This document shows, piece by piece, positions 11,728-22,718 of a stretch of 64,000 nucleotides of DNA. The notes beneath the pieces are model-generated. The model was given only the letters and a program-made list of their open reading frames with translations, ran no database searches and was not told the origin of the DNA. Position numbers and translations under genes: made by a program. Location of the stretch: positions 1,090,459-1,154,458 of the forward strand of contig NW_005202427.1 in assembly GCF_000372725.1 (NCBI RefSeq). Direction: 5' to 3'. The stretch comes from Emiliania huxleyi CCMP1516. Lineage: Eukaryota. Position 1 is the first letter of the stretch, and each line of letters begins with the position of its first letter.

Positions 11728-13185
11728 TCAATGCGACATGGGGGGGCGCCTGCTCACGCGCAAGCGGCCATCGGCGGGCTTCAGGGTCAAGAAGTAGTCG
11801 GACTTCGGAGGCCGAACCAGCTCCAGCTTGTATCCGGTGACAATCAAGGCGAGGAACCGTTTGAGCTCCGCCATCGCGAGCGTCTGCCCGACGCAATTTC
11901 GCCGGCCAGTTGAAAAGGGCATGAAGTTCTCCTTCAGCGATGGCTCGACATTTTTCAGCCATCGCTCTGGTTTGAAGGTTCCGGCGTCCTGCACCGGCGC
12001 CGTCCGATGGACCGGCAGGAAAGGGATGGAGCAAATCGCACCCGCGGGGATGACAGCACCGTCCGAGAGAGCCAGGTCCTCGGCCAGCACGCGGAGTGAG
12101 CCCATCGCAGCGACGGGCCAGAGGCGCATAGACTCGTTGATCACTGCGGCGAGGTACTCTGAGTGCTCAGGTGTAACCTCGTTGTTCGAGCGCAAATCCG
12201 CAGCAAGCCGGTCTGCGATCTCCGGGTGGGCCGCAAGCTCGTATATTGTCCACGCGAGCGTGAAGCCAGTCGTGTCGTGGCCCGCGATCAGGAACGTCAC
12301 CACGTCCGCCGCGCGCTCTTGCTCGTGCGCGTAGTTCGGGTTGCTCACGAGCTTCCCGATTATGGTCGCGTCAAGCTCCTCGCGCTCGGAAGCGGACGCC
12401 GCCGCCTCGCGACGAGAACGGAATTCTTCCATGACCTCATTGGCGATGCGCATCAGCTCGACTGCGGCGCGGCCTGCCGCGCGCGCCTCGGGGATGGCAA
12501 ACGCCATCAGCTTGCGGAGCGGGTTGTTTGTGCGCTTTAGGGCGTACTCGATTAGCGCCGGCTCGACCGCCTCGAGAAACCGCAGCCCCATACCTGAGGA
12601 ATCGCCGCCGCCACGCAGCATTCCAAAGTCAAACCCCGCCAGCACTGTCTCGCCCAGCACGTCGATCATCAACTCGATCATTAGCTGTGCGGCATCAAAC
12701 TCCTCGCCAGAGGCTGATAGCACGTCGAGCCGGAGGCCGAGCGCAGCGCACGATTGAAGGGCGTCAAGTTTGTCCCGGATGAGCGAGCTGGTGAACGCGT
12801 GAGAGACCCCCTTCCGAGCATGCTCCCACCGCGGCCCATCGGGAGAGGTGAAGAAGCTTGCCCAGCCCGCGGTCATGCCATCGAAGTTGGAGTAGAGGGA
12901 TGGTTTGTCAGCGGCCCTTGCTCGCAGCACCGCACGCGCCGTCGGCCCGTCCGCGATGACTACCCACGGCCTCCACTGCGGTACACGCATCCTGAATACG
13001 CGGCCAGGGTACTTTTGAGCCAGGCTCAGCACGAACCAGGGCGCATCGCTGGTCGTCAATGCTGCGATTGTTGTAAACATGCTCTCCGTCGCGAGCGGCG
13101 GCAAGCGCTTGCGGTCCCGCACGCACAGGAAGTAGACGATCAGGAGGCAGAGCAGAGCAACGCTGAGTTCACCGAGGAACGCCAT
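11728..13185 (-). CDS. Cytochrome P450 (intronless)
   Basis: N-terminal TM anchor and Pro-rich hinge; I-helix AGHDTT; ExxR (ESMR); PERW; heme motif FSTGRRNCVG. Confidence 0.95.
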   Translation of the reverse strand: MAFLGELSVALLCLLIVYFLCVRDRKRLPPLATESMFTTIAALTTSDAPWFVLSLAQKYPGRVFRMRVPQWRPWVVIADGPTARAVLRARAADKPSLYSNFDGMTAGWASFFTSPDGPRWEHARKGVSHAFTSSLIRDKLDALQSCAALGLRLDVLSASGEEFDAAQLMIELMIDVLGETVLAGFDFGMLRGGGDSSGMGLRFLEAVEPALIEYALKRTNNPLRKLMAFAIPEARAAGRAAVELMRIANEVMEEFRSRREAAASASEREELDATIIGKLVSNPNYAHEQERAADVVTFLIAGHDTTGFTLAWTIYELAAHPEIADRLAADLRSNNEVTPEHSEYLAAVINESMRLWPVAAMGSLRVLAEDLALSDGAVIPAGAICSIPFLPVHRTAPVQDAGTFKPERWLKNVEPSLKENFMPFSTGRRNCVGQTLAMAELKRFLALIVTGYKLELVRPPKSDYFLTLKPADGRLRVSRRPPMSH

Positions 13186-13564
13186 GGTTCTGGAGCTAAC
13201 GCTAAGCGACTCCCGCGAGGCGGTCCGGCGGCGGCGCGCGTCGCATAAAAAAACAAAGTCGCATAAAAAAGCAAACACAACAAGTCCTCCAAGTGCCAAC
13301 CCACGCGGCCTAGCGGCCTGCCACGATAAGGCTATAGAGGGGGCCATACGCATACGCAGCGGGTCAGCGGTGTCGTATCGTAGTACTAACCCGGCCGCGT
13401 AGTACCATCTAGGACTAGGTGTGAAAGGCGATTCTCCCGGCATCTCGGGTGCGGCACTTCGCACGAAACGCAAACGGGCGCACCTCTCTAGCTCGAGACC
13501 TCTAGCCTCTCGGCTCTCGAGCGTCTCGTGCTTTTCCCACACACGCGGTGCTCCGACTCTCCAC

Positions 13565-13736
13565 CCTACTGTCTGAATACGTTTTCCACGTATTCCAAAT
13601 GACCTCCCAGAGGCCTGTATTCCACCCGTATTCCACCCGTATTCCACGTATTCCATGGAATACGCCGTATTCCAAGCTCCAAAAATGGACGTATTCCGTA
13701 TAAAATTTTCTTCGCTCCGCGAATTCAGACAGTAGG
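13565..13736. mobile_element. 172-bp MITE with 14-bp TIRs and an 8-bp target-site duplication
   Basis: TIR cctactgtctgaat (13565-13578) / attcagacagtagg (13723-13736). TSD ctctccac at 13557-13564 and 13737-13744. Internal repeats of gtattcc. Confidence 0.9.
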
Positions 13737-13923
13737 CTCTCCACGTGCTCTGTTTTTCGGGGGGGGGGGGGGGGGGGCTTGCCCCTTGCGCCTGCCTTGC
13801 CCGCCGCCAAACGGGCTTCTATACGCGCCTCGGTCGGACGCGCCCGCGCCCTGGTGCCGCCACTCTTCGCGTCTGCCGTGACCTGCTATGCTCGTCTGTT
13901 TCGGGACTTGCCCCCGTCCGGCT

Positions 13924-13996
13924 GTGTTTCTTCAAAACTCTCGGTTAGTTTGTTTCTTCAAAACTCTCGGTTAGTTTGTTTCTTCAAAACTCTCGG
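13924..13996. repeat. 26-bp tandem repeat, about 3 copies
   Basis: Unit tgtttcttcaaaactctcggttagtt. Confidence 0.9.
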
Positions 13997-14140
13997 GACG
14001 ACAAACTTCTGTTACGAAAGCGGTTCGAAACGAAAGTTGTCAAGTCAGCCGTCGTGGGCTCGGCTCGCCCAAGCCGCCCAACGCCAGCCGGCCACAAGCA
14101 AGCTCTCTTGCGTTTCGGAGAAAACCCGCGCGGCGGTCCG

Positions 14141-15481
14141 ATGGGCAATGCTTGCGTTGGTCGCACGGATCGAGTCGGTCCCAAGTGGGATACGGCACAA
14201 GATATCAAGAAGCGCAAAGCCATATTCGAGAACCTGCGAGAACTCGACACAGAGCTCGCAGAAGCGATTCGTCGTGGGATCATCCGCCTCATCTCCGTGG
14301 CCTGGCTGCTCGAGCTCGAGTTAGATTACGTGTTACCGAGAATGCAAGAGTTGGAGACTCTTGGCGCTTTTCTCGATGGCATGTCAGCGTGCAGGGCGCT
14401 TTACAAGGGCGATCGTCGAGTTTTTGCGTGCAGCTACGGATGGCTCACAGCGAAGCATCCTGATCCGAAAGGAGTCCGCATCCGTACGCTGCAGCGCTTC
14501 TTCCGTGGACTCGCCTCGCGCGGGCAGCTGCCCACGAACGCGTGCTTATTCTGGGATTTTGGGAGCCTCCCTCAGAAGCCACGCACCGCCACCGAGCAAC
14601 AGACTTTCAAGGAAGCTCTCGACATTATGACGAGAGTTTACGCCTCACCGCTGGGCACGTGCGTGTTGCAGATGATTGAGATCCCCGAGTGTCCTGACGA
14701 GCTGAGCCGGAGTCTGGTGGTGCTCGAGGATGAGAAGTCACCATGCACTGAGCAGGGCATACGGGCATGCTTCTCGCCGGCTGGGGTGGTCACGTCTGTG
14801 GAGCGGACAGCGGGAGCGATCACCGTACGATACGATCGAACCATGGATGATCGAGTCATCGAACGCGCCCTCGCCTTGGACACTGCATCTCTCGGCGAGG
14901 CGAAGGTGTTCGCGGAGTACAACGCGCGTCCGTACCACGACCGCGGGTGGTGCGTGATGGAGGAGGCCATCAGCTTCGAGGCTGAGGTGAGGTCGAACGC
15001 CTTTCCTGAGGCGAAGGAGATCCTCGCAGATGTCTCGAAGTGCCGAGCCAAAGTGTACGTCATCTCGAGCCTAGATGAACCGACCGAGCCGGAGGGCCAC
15101 TGGCAGAACTCAGAGACTGTGAAGGAGAGCTTGCGCGCTGCGAAGTTCACTGGCAAGGCTGACGAGGAGGAGGTGCCCAAGCTGTACGACCGCCAGCAGG
15201 TGGAGCTGGCGGCCGCGATGGTGGCGCTCGACGGGGTGATGCAGGAGATCACTGACAAAGAAATCGAAAAGCATGGCTCGTGGGCAGAGGCTGCGGTGGT
15301 CCGGGGCGGCTTGCAAAAGGGCAAGACGTACCCCCGCGAAATGATACTGAGCCAGAATAAGGCCAAGGGCTATCAGAGGAAGGAGACTTCAGAGGAGAAG
15401 ATGGAGCGCCGGGTCAAGGAAGCGCAGGCGACGCTCGAGCTTGAGAAGTGGTTGCGGCGGCGGCGCTCGAGCGGCGGGTAG
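14141..15481 (+). CDS. HET-like (TIR-related) domain protein with a predicted N-myristoylation/palmitoylation signal; no LRR
   Basis: Starts MGNACV. Motifs CSYGWLTAKHPDP, LFWDFGSLPQ, MTRVYAS and YHDRGWCVMEE follow the HET (PF06985) pattern SY.W / WxD..x.Q / Y / RGWxxxE. An RRM-like insert lies between the last two motifs. Confidence 0.7.
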   Translation: MGNACVGRTDRVGPKWDTAQDIKKRKAIFENLRELDTELAEAIRRGIIRLISVAWLLELELDYVLPRMQELETLGAFLDGMSACRALYKGDRRVFACSYGWLTAKHPDPKGVRIRTLQRFFRGLASRGQLPTNACLFWDFGSLPQKPRTATEQQTFKEALDIMTRVYASPLGTCVLQMIEIPECPDELSRSLVVLEDEKSPCTEQGIRACFSPAGVVTSVERTAGAITVRYDRTMDDRVIERALALDTASLGEAKVFAEYNARPYHDRGWCVMEEAISFEAEVRSNAFPEAKEILADVSKCRAKVYVISSLDEPTEPEGHWQNSETVKESLRAAKFTGKADEEEVPKLYDRQQVELAAAMVALDGVMQEITDKEIEKHGSWAEAAVVRGGLQKGKTYPREMILSQNKAKGYQRKETSEEKMERRVKEAQATLELEKWLRRRRSSGG

Positions 15482-15803
15482 AGCGGCGGCCGGTAAGGGC
15501 GACCGACGTGAGGACGCACGTGGCACGATCGGAGAGCAATATCCAATGAAGACCAGAGGTATACCACAAGCGAGCATTTAGAGAAGATGTTACCATAAAC
15601 GAGATGCGAGGGGAGGACAGCTGAGCTGAGAGTGCGGCGCCTCTCTTTCGACTCTCGTGCAGACGACTGCACACCAGGACTGTGCATCAGCCGCGATGGT
15701 GTGAGTGCTGCGAGTTCGCTTCGAGGAATGGCGAGGCGACCAGCCGTATGATGAGTAGTAGCACCACCGCTCCCCCCCCGCAAGCGCGAGACACACACAC
15801 TCA

Positions 15804-15836
<33 letters not shown>

Positions 15837-16682
15837 CCCTGGCGGGCGCCGCGGACCAGTTCCGCGAGCGCTCGTCAGCGGGTGGTGTGCGGTTCTTGCC
15901 GTAGTTCCTCTTCGGTCGCCTAGCCCCGGCGCCGTCTGGCGGACGCCTGCGTGTCACGAGTGCGAGCCGCTCGCGGTTCGTACGCCCGCTTGCGGGTTCG
16001 AGTGGCGGGCTATCCCGCTTGCGGGATGGCTTAGCGGGTTCGAGCCGTCACACATTGGCTGCCGGGGTGTGCCGAGGGGGGGCTGGGTGGGCGGTAAGCC
16101 GTCATTGCCCGGCGCTGCTTGCAGCGCTCTGGGTGGTAGTGGCGGCGCTCCAAGAGTGGTGCTCTTGGGAAGAGGTTCCTCCTTTCCGCTCCCCCCCCGC
16201 AAGGCGCGAGACACACACGTATTTGGGAGACAACTTCCTTGGTCTGACGCACGTAACATGCAGGTCGCAATTTGCGCCACAAGAGCGAAGAGGGCCGACA
16301 TATGACCAGAGGGGAGAGGAGATTTCTCGCCTCGCGCACTCCTCCTCTCTCTCTGTACGTGCGCTGCGCGCTCAGCCTGGCACTAGAAGGCTGGTGCATC
16401 GTGGCGCGCTAGAAGGCTGGTGGCACTAGAAGGTGGTGCATCGTGATTGTTTGCTGACTCGCTGTGTTGTGTGTCGTGTGTGTCGGGGGTTGTGGGGAGG
16501 GGAGGGGGCATCGCCTTCCTCCCCCACATCACGCATGTCAGACTGCCTCGGCCGCCGCGAGCGGCGAGGATCTCGCGGCGCGGCTATGCTGATGGTCTCT
16601 CTTCGTTACGTACAGCCCGGTATACTACAGGGAGAGCGGGGCACAGAGTAACGTACGGAGCTACGTACAATTCACGCACACG

Positions 16683-17680
16683 TCACGCCGCTTCCGCCTC
16701 GCCGCACCAGTCAAAGAGCGACTCGAGGTGGTGCAGCGACATGACCAGCGCGCGCGACTCCGAGTTGGCGTGGCCGTAGCTCACCACCACCTTGTCCGAG
16801 CCAGGCGGCAGCGCGAGGCCGCTCGGGAAGCTCCGCGCCGAGCGAGGGAGCGGCAGCGCGCGCGAGACAGCGACGACGGGAAAGGGCGGCGCGGCTGCGA
16901 ACTTGTAGGCGAAGGTGACGTACTTGCCCTCGAGGAGCGAGTGGAAGAGCGCGAGGTACGTGCCGTTGGTATACGGCAGCGCTGTGGCCGAGCCGTGGAC
17001 CCGCACGCCCTCCGCCTGCGCGAGCGCGCTCAGCGGCGCCGACGCTGACGTCGAGTAGCGCCGCTGGCACGCGCCGTCTGCGGCGCGCGCGATGACAACC
17101 ACGTGCGGGACGACTGAGTAGACGTAGTGCAGCTGCCCCTCGTGCGTGAAGGCGATCCAGTTCTTCTCCGCAATCCGCGTCCAGCCGCAGTCGAGCCTCG
17201 AGGCGACCGCCGCCCCTCCCGCAGAGACGCGCAGACCGTCTGCGGCAATGAACATCTGCGAGACGGAGCGGCCCGTCTGGTGGCACCCTGGCCGCGTCTC
17301 CGTCGGAGGGAGGGAGCTGAAGGTGAGCGCAAACGGGCCGTAGATCGAGCCGTTGGCCAGCGCGACAAGCTTCGGGTCCTCGCCGCCGCTGACGGTCTTG
17401 CGGAGCAGCGTCCGGTTCTCGGGCACAAACGTCGGGCGTGGCTTCGGCTCTCGCTCGCGCGGAATGACCCCCGCAACACCGCTACACCGACCGGGACTGC
17501 ACACGTACTGCGTGTAAGTAAGGCTCCTCTTCACAGACATTTGGAGAAGCACCTTATCAGCTGGTCGGCCGCCATGTGGGCCTCCGGGCCTGCTGCGGCG
17601 GCGCGGCCGTTTGAGGCCGGGCTCGGCCCGGCCCGCGACGGCTGGCCGCCGACGAGCGCGCTCGCGCTGCTCGTCAAAAT
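16683..17680 (-). CDS. Putative beta-propeller glycosyl hydrolase/transferase-like protein (GH130/GT91-like); 5' end uncertain
   Basis: GEDPKLV, EKNWIAF..EGQLHYVYSVVPHVV, YLALFH and VVVSYG motifs are typical of this family. Confidence 0.55.
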
Positions 17681-18574
17681 GGCGGCGGTGTCGACTGCGG
17701 CGACGGTCGTTCAGTCGCTCAGCGCTTTCCCGTCTGTCGTCTGTCGTCTGTCGTCTGTTGTCGCATTTCGCACACGCGCGATCCCGCAGCCAAAAGCTGC
17801 TCGCTCGAACCGCGGCCGACTCTGCCACCGCGGCCGCAGCTGCTGAGCACTCCAGAAAACTGGTGCCTGATATGCTGCCTCCCTGCGGATGCTGCCGGCG
17901 AGCCTGGCGGTCCGCTGTACAAGGAAGTGCTGACTCGATGCCCCCCCGCAATCTTCTACCCCCACGACTCGGAACGCGAATGTGACAGGACCATCGGGTC
18001 CTTCGGCCACCAAAGCGAGATCACCCGAGAGCAGCTGAGTCTGCCTCTGGCCTCGCCTCCCTCTCCTTCAGGCATTCGTGGCATCCTATGGGTCGTCCAG
18101 AGTATCGACCTCTGGCTTGTCAGTCGCGGTCACTTGATGACACCATGAAGTACAGCGATCGCCAACTCGCTGGCCTCTCCGCAAGGCCCCCCGACCGCGT
18201 CGAACTCAACGGCGCGGGCTCTCTCGGCTACGGGACCGGCCCCAGCTTCGGCTGAGGGCTGACAAGCTGCCGAGCCCAAATCACTGTGAGAGTCGTGATT
18301 TCTTGTGTTGGTTTTCAAAAATCTCTCTCTCAGACCTTGTTATTGAGAAGAAGATACCTCCTAGGGCGCTGGCCGCTGCGCGCTGACCGCTGTTCACTGG
18401 GGAGTCTGCGGGACACAGCGCAGTGTCTTCCCCCATGCGCGCGCCCCATGGCCATTCCCCATTGCCACAGCCCACACGCACAGCAACGATTAGCGAGATA
18501 GGGGCGCTCTCGACTCGCCACGTCCTTTCGTTGCAATTCTAAAAACGTATCTATTGTATGAAAAGTGCGCCGCC

Positions 18575-21500
18575 TCACGGTCGGCCGGGCGTAGTAAGGG
18601 AGGCGAGGGCTGGCCGCGCCGACGAGCTCGACGATGTTGCTGCGGGCGCGGCGGTGCCGCCGCCCCAGAACCACGAGCTGAGTGCGGTGGGCAGCGCCGT
18701 GATGGTCTCGGTGAGACTGCCCGTGAGGCCGGCGTAGCCGTCGGCTTGCGAGTCGCGCAGCAGGCTCGCGGGGCCGCCCCACCACGACTCCGAATACTCT
18801 GCGATCCGCGCCTCCACCTTGGCCGTTTCCTCGGGCGAGAAGGAGAGCACCGTGCCCAGCACCCTTGCGAGGCGGATGTGCTCCTACGGGACATGTCTCG
18901 GGCGTGTCGTGGACGTGTCCAGGACATGCCCTCGCGAGGCAGGTGTGTGCTCCTCGTCGTCGGCGTCGCCATAGACGGCGAGCAGGAATGCGAGGGTCAC
19001 GTTCTTGAGGTAGACGGCGTTGAGGCCCTGCTGCCGCTCGAGGTCGCGTCGCGTGACGGCCAGCTCCGCCTGTGGTGCGCCGCCTCTTCTTCTGAGAGTG
19101 ACGAGTCGCGGTATCTCGCTCGCAATCCCCGGCCCTCAGCCTTGAGGGCGGACTCTTGCTTCATCAGGTGCGAGAGCACGCGGTGCGACTCCTTGAGCAT
19201 CTTGCGCAGCGAGGCGAGCTGCGCGCGCAGCTTGTCCGCCTCGGCGTCGCGCTTGGCCTGGGGACAAAGGGCCACGGACGGGTCATGGACGTGCCGTGGC
19301 TGTGCCGCCCGCCTCGCGCCCTCCCCCCGCCTGGTCGCGCGCAATGTTGAACATCGCAGCCTCGGACGGCTTCCCCGTATCGAGCTGGCCCTCGAGCTCT
19401 GCGACGCGCCGCTCCCGCTGCTGCAGCGCACCCCTGTGCGCCGCGGCGTCGTCGTCGCGCCGGCGGGTCGCCGCGTCGAGCTTCGACTGCAGCTCCGCGC
19501 GCGCGCTCTCCGCCGCGCCCGCCGCCCGCCGCAACGCCTCCGCCTCGCCGCGCGCCTCCGCCAGCGCCGCCTCGGCCTGGTCGCGCTCTTCCCCCCGCCG
19601 CCGCGCCGCCTCGGCCTCCGCCTCGCGCCCTTTTGCGAGCTGCTGCCGCGCGGCGGAGAGCTCCGCCTCGAGCGATGCGCGCACGGAGCGGGCCGACCGG
19701 TACTCGGCCTCGGACTGGCGCAGCTTCGCCTCGAGCCGCGCGACGATCGCCTCGTGCTCCGACGCGCTGCTCAGGGCGGAACGCGCCTTGGACTGGACGG
19801 CGGTCGAGTGCTCCGTCTTCATGAGGAGCTCCTTCTGCACCGCGTCGAGTCGCGAGGCGAGTTCGTCACGCTCCGCCTAACACAACCCGCGGCGTTGAGC
19901 CGACCGCGCGAGCCGCGCCCGACGGCCCGCCCTCCCCCTCCCTCCCCGCAGCGCGCGCCTCGAGCCGCGCCGCCGCCTGCCTGGAGGCGAGCGCCTCCTG
20001 CTCCGCGTTCAGCAGCCGGTCCCTGCCCGCGAGCCGCTCCTCCTCGAGCCGCGACCGCCTGAGGCGCGTGTCATGGACGTGTCACGGACGTGTGACCACC
20101 ACCCGCCACCGACGTGTCCTCCTCGCGCCACTCGTCGCCGCTCTCCTAGACACTTCCTAGACACTTCCTAGACATGTCCTAGGCGCGCGCCACTCGTCGC
20201 CGCTCTCCTTGGCGCCGCGCTCAGCCGCCTGCACGCCCGCCGCGCCGCGCCGCTCGGCCGCCTCGAGCCGCGCGCGCCACGACGCAACCTCGGCGGCGGC
20301 GTCGGCGGCCGCCGCCTCGAGTGCGGCGGCGTGGCGCTCTCGCTCCTCCTCGGCCGCCTGCGCCGCCAGCGCCTCGGCCTCCGCCTCGCGCCGCTCGTGC
20401 TCCGCCTCGGCGTCCCGCGCCTTGGCCTCCGCCGCCGCCGCCTCCGCCGCCCTCTGCGCCTCGACCGCCTGCAGCTTGTCGCCCCACCGGAGCACCTGTG
20501 GCAGGAGCAGCGCCGGGGTCAGGCAGTGGCCACGGAGGGGCGGCACTACCCCTTTCCCCCCCCGTGACCCACGAGAGCGCCTCTTCGCGGTAGTTGGTCA
20601 GCGCGCGGCCGAGCGCCTTCTCTTTGGCGGCGAGCTCCTCGCGCGTGCTCGCCGCCGCCGCCGCCGCCGCCGCGCTCTCCTGCCCCCACCTCGCCACCTC
20701 GCCCCGCAGACCCTCCGCCTCCTTGCGCGCCGCGTCCCTCTCCCCGGCGAGCGCTCGCTCGCGGCCCGCCGCCGCCTCCGCCGCCGCCGCCGCCTCCGCC
20801 GCCGCGCTCGCCGCCTTCTGCTCGTGGTGCCGCCGCAGCTCCTCCGCCTGATCGCGCAGCGCCGCCGCCGTGCCCTCTCCACCTCCCCCGCCGCCGCCTC
20901 CTCCTCCTCCCCTCGCCGCCGCCAGCTCGCCCTGCAGCGCCGTCAGCCGGTCGAGAAGCGCCCTCTCCTCGCGCTTGGCGCTCGCGCGAGCGCTCTCGAG
21001 GGCGCGCTGCGCCGCCTCCGCCGCCCGCCCGGCCTCGGCCGCCGCCGCGCGGCTCTCAGCCGCCGCCTCCGCCTCGCGCGCCGCCGTCGCCGTCGCCTCG
21101 TCGCGCGCTGCCCTGCTCTCCGCCAGCGAGGCTGCTGCGCGACTAGCCTCGGCCTGGAGCGACTTTTTGATCGAGCTCGACGCCTCGACCGCCTCCTCCA
21201 GCTCGGTGACGCGGTCCTCGTACTGCGCGCGCAGCTCTCGCTCCACCAGCTGCCGCTCCAGGCCCGCGCCGCCCTCGCCGCTCGTCGCGCCGTTGGCCGC
21301 CGCAGAAGCGCGCGAGGGACGGCCGCGCGACGCGGCGAGCTGTCGCTTCTCCTCGAGCACCGCGCTGTGCAGCGACTGCAGCTCGGCGTACCGCGCCTCC
21401 ATCGAGCGACACCTGCACGACAGAGCAGCGCGCGAGCGTCGACAGCGTTGCGTGCCGAAGCGGGACCGGTGCAAGGTGAACGGGGCTGGGCTCACCTCGA

Positions 21501-21770
21501 GTTGGTCTTGGCGAGCAGCGCGATCAGCTCCGCCTTGGGAACGCTCTCGAAAGCCTTCGCTGCCGCCGGGTCGGTCGCCGGCCGAGGCGATGGCGTCGGC
21601 GCTGGTGCAGGTGAGGATGGCACGGGCGACGCCAGCGGCAGCGCGCCCGGCTTCGACGGCGTCCCGCTGACTCGCTCGCCCAGGGAGGCCAGCCGGTCCA
21701 GTCGGTCGTCGACGCGGTCCGCAAGCACAGCCAGCTGCGCGTTGGCGCGCTCTCGCGCACGTGAGAGCAT
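18575..21770 (-). CDS. Long coiled-coil golgin with a C-terminal GRIP domain (multi-exon)
   Basis: Ala/Glu-rich heptads across several exons. The C-terminus has NAVYLKNVTLAFL...VLGTVLSFSPEE...SWWG, the GRIP signature. Confidence 0.8.
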
Positions 21771-21941
21771 TTGTGCTCCTGCAGCTCGCAGGCAGGTTCA
21801 GACGCTGTCTCGCGCTCCGGCGCTGCAGCCACCTTGGTCGAAGAAAAGAATTGGAACCGCGAAAATAATTGCGGCGGCCCCAAAAGAAAAACAACGAGGC
21901 CAGGCGCTTCGCTTCGCGCTGGGCCCGCTAGCCTCCCGTGG

Positions 21942-22718
21942 ATGCTCGCGCTGCTCCTCCGCAGCCCGCTCTCGCTCCAGACGGTGCCATCTCATCCAGC
22001 CGCTGCGCGCATGGCCTCGAGCGGCGCCAGCGCGGCGTGTGGCAGGCTGCTCTCCGCCGCAGAGGCGGCCGCGGTCGACGAGGAGCTATTCGAGTCCTTC
22101 TCTGTCGACAGCCTGATGGAGCTCGCCGGCCTGTCGGTGGCCGCGGCCTTGGCCGACGCCTTCCCGCTGAGCTCGCACCCGCGGCCTCTCGTGGTCTGCG
22201 GGCCGGGCAACAACGGCGGGGACGGCCTCGTGGCGGCGCGGCACCTCTGGCACTTTGGCTACCGCCCAACAATCATCTACCCAAAGCGGTCGCAGAAGCC
22301 TCTCTTTGTCAACCTCGCGGCGCAGGTCGGTGCGCTCGGCATCCCAGTGCTGGACGCGATGCCACCCGGCGCCGACGAGGCGCACCACATGCTCCTCGAC
22401 TGCGTGTTTGGCTTCTCCTTCAAGCCCGGCTCACTCCGCGCGCCCTTCGACGCCATCCTGCCGGCGATGGCCGCGTCGACGCTGCCGCTCGTCTCGGTCG
22501 ACGTGCCATCGGGCTGGGACGTCGACAGCGGCCCTGCCGGCGGCGCGGACGACCTCCGGCCCGCGGTGCTCATCTCGCTCACCGCGCCAAAGGCGTGCGC
22601 TGCCCACTTTGACGGGCGGCACTACCTCGGCGGACGCTTCGTGCCACCCGCGATCCTGGAAAAGTACGGCTTCACCCAGCCCGCCTTTTCCGGCGCCGAG
22701 CAGTTCGTGAGGCTCTAG
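21942..22718 (+). CDS. NAXE: NAD(P)H-hydrate epimerase (YjeF N-terminal domain)
   Basis: LMELAGLSVA, VVCGPGNNGGDGLVAARHL, LDCVFGFSF, VSVDVPSGWDV, LISLTAPK, HYLGGRFVP. Head-to-head with the golgin gene, 171 bp apart. Confidence 0.95.
   Translation: MLALLLRSPLSLQTVPSHPAAARMASSGASAACGRLLSAAEAAAVDEELFESFSVDSLMELAGLSVAAALADAFPLSSHPRPLVVCGPGNNGGDGLVAARHLWHFGYRPTIIYPKRSQKPLFVNLAAQVGALGIPVLDAMPPGADEAHHMLLDCVFGFSFKPGSLRAPFDAILPAMAASTLPLVSVDVPSGWDVDSGPAGGADDLRPAVLISLTAPKACAAHFDGRHYLGGRFVPPAILEKYGFTQPAFSGAEQFVRL

Noticed and set aside
13186..13656. N-terminal extension of the P450 ORF
   Set aside because: It runs through the MITE and the promoter; the TM anchor begins at Met 13185.
15790..15833. (CA)n and other microsatellites (also about 2020, 11340, 60640)
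   Set aside because: Ordinary simple repeats.
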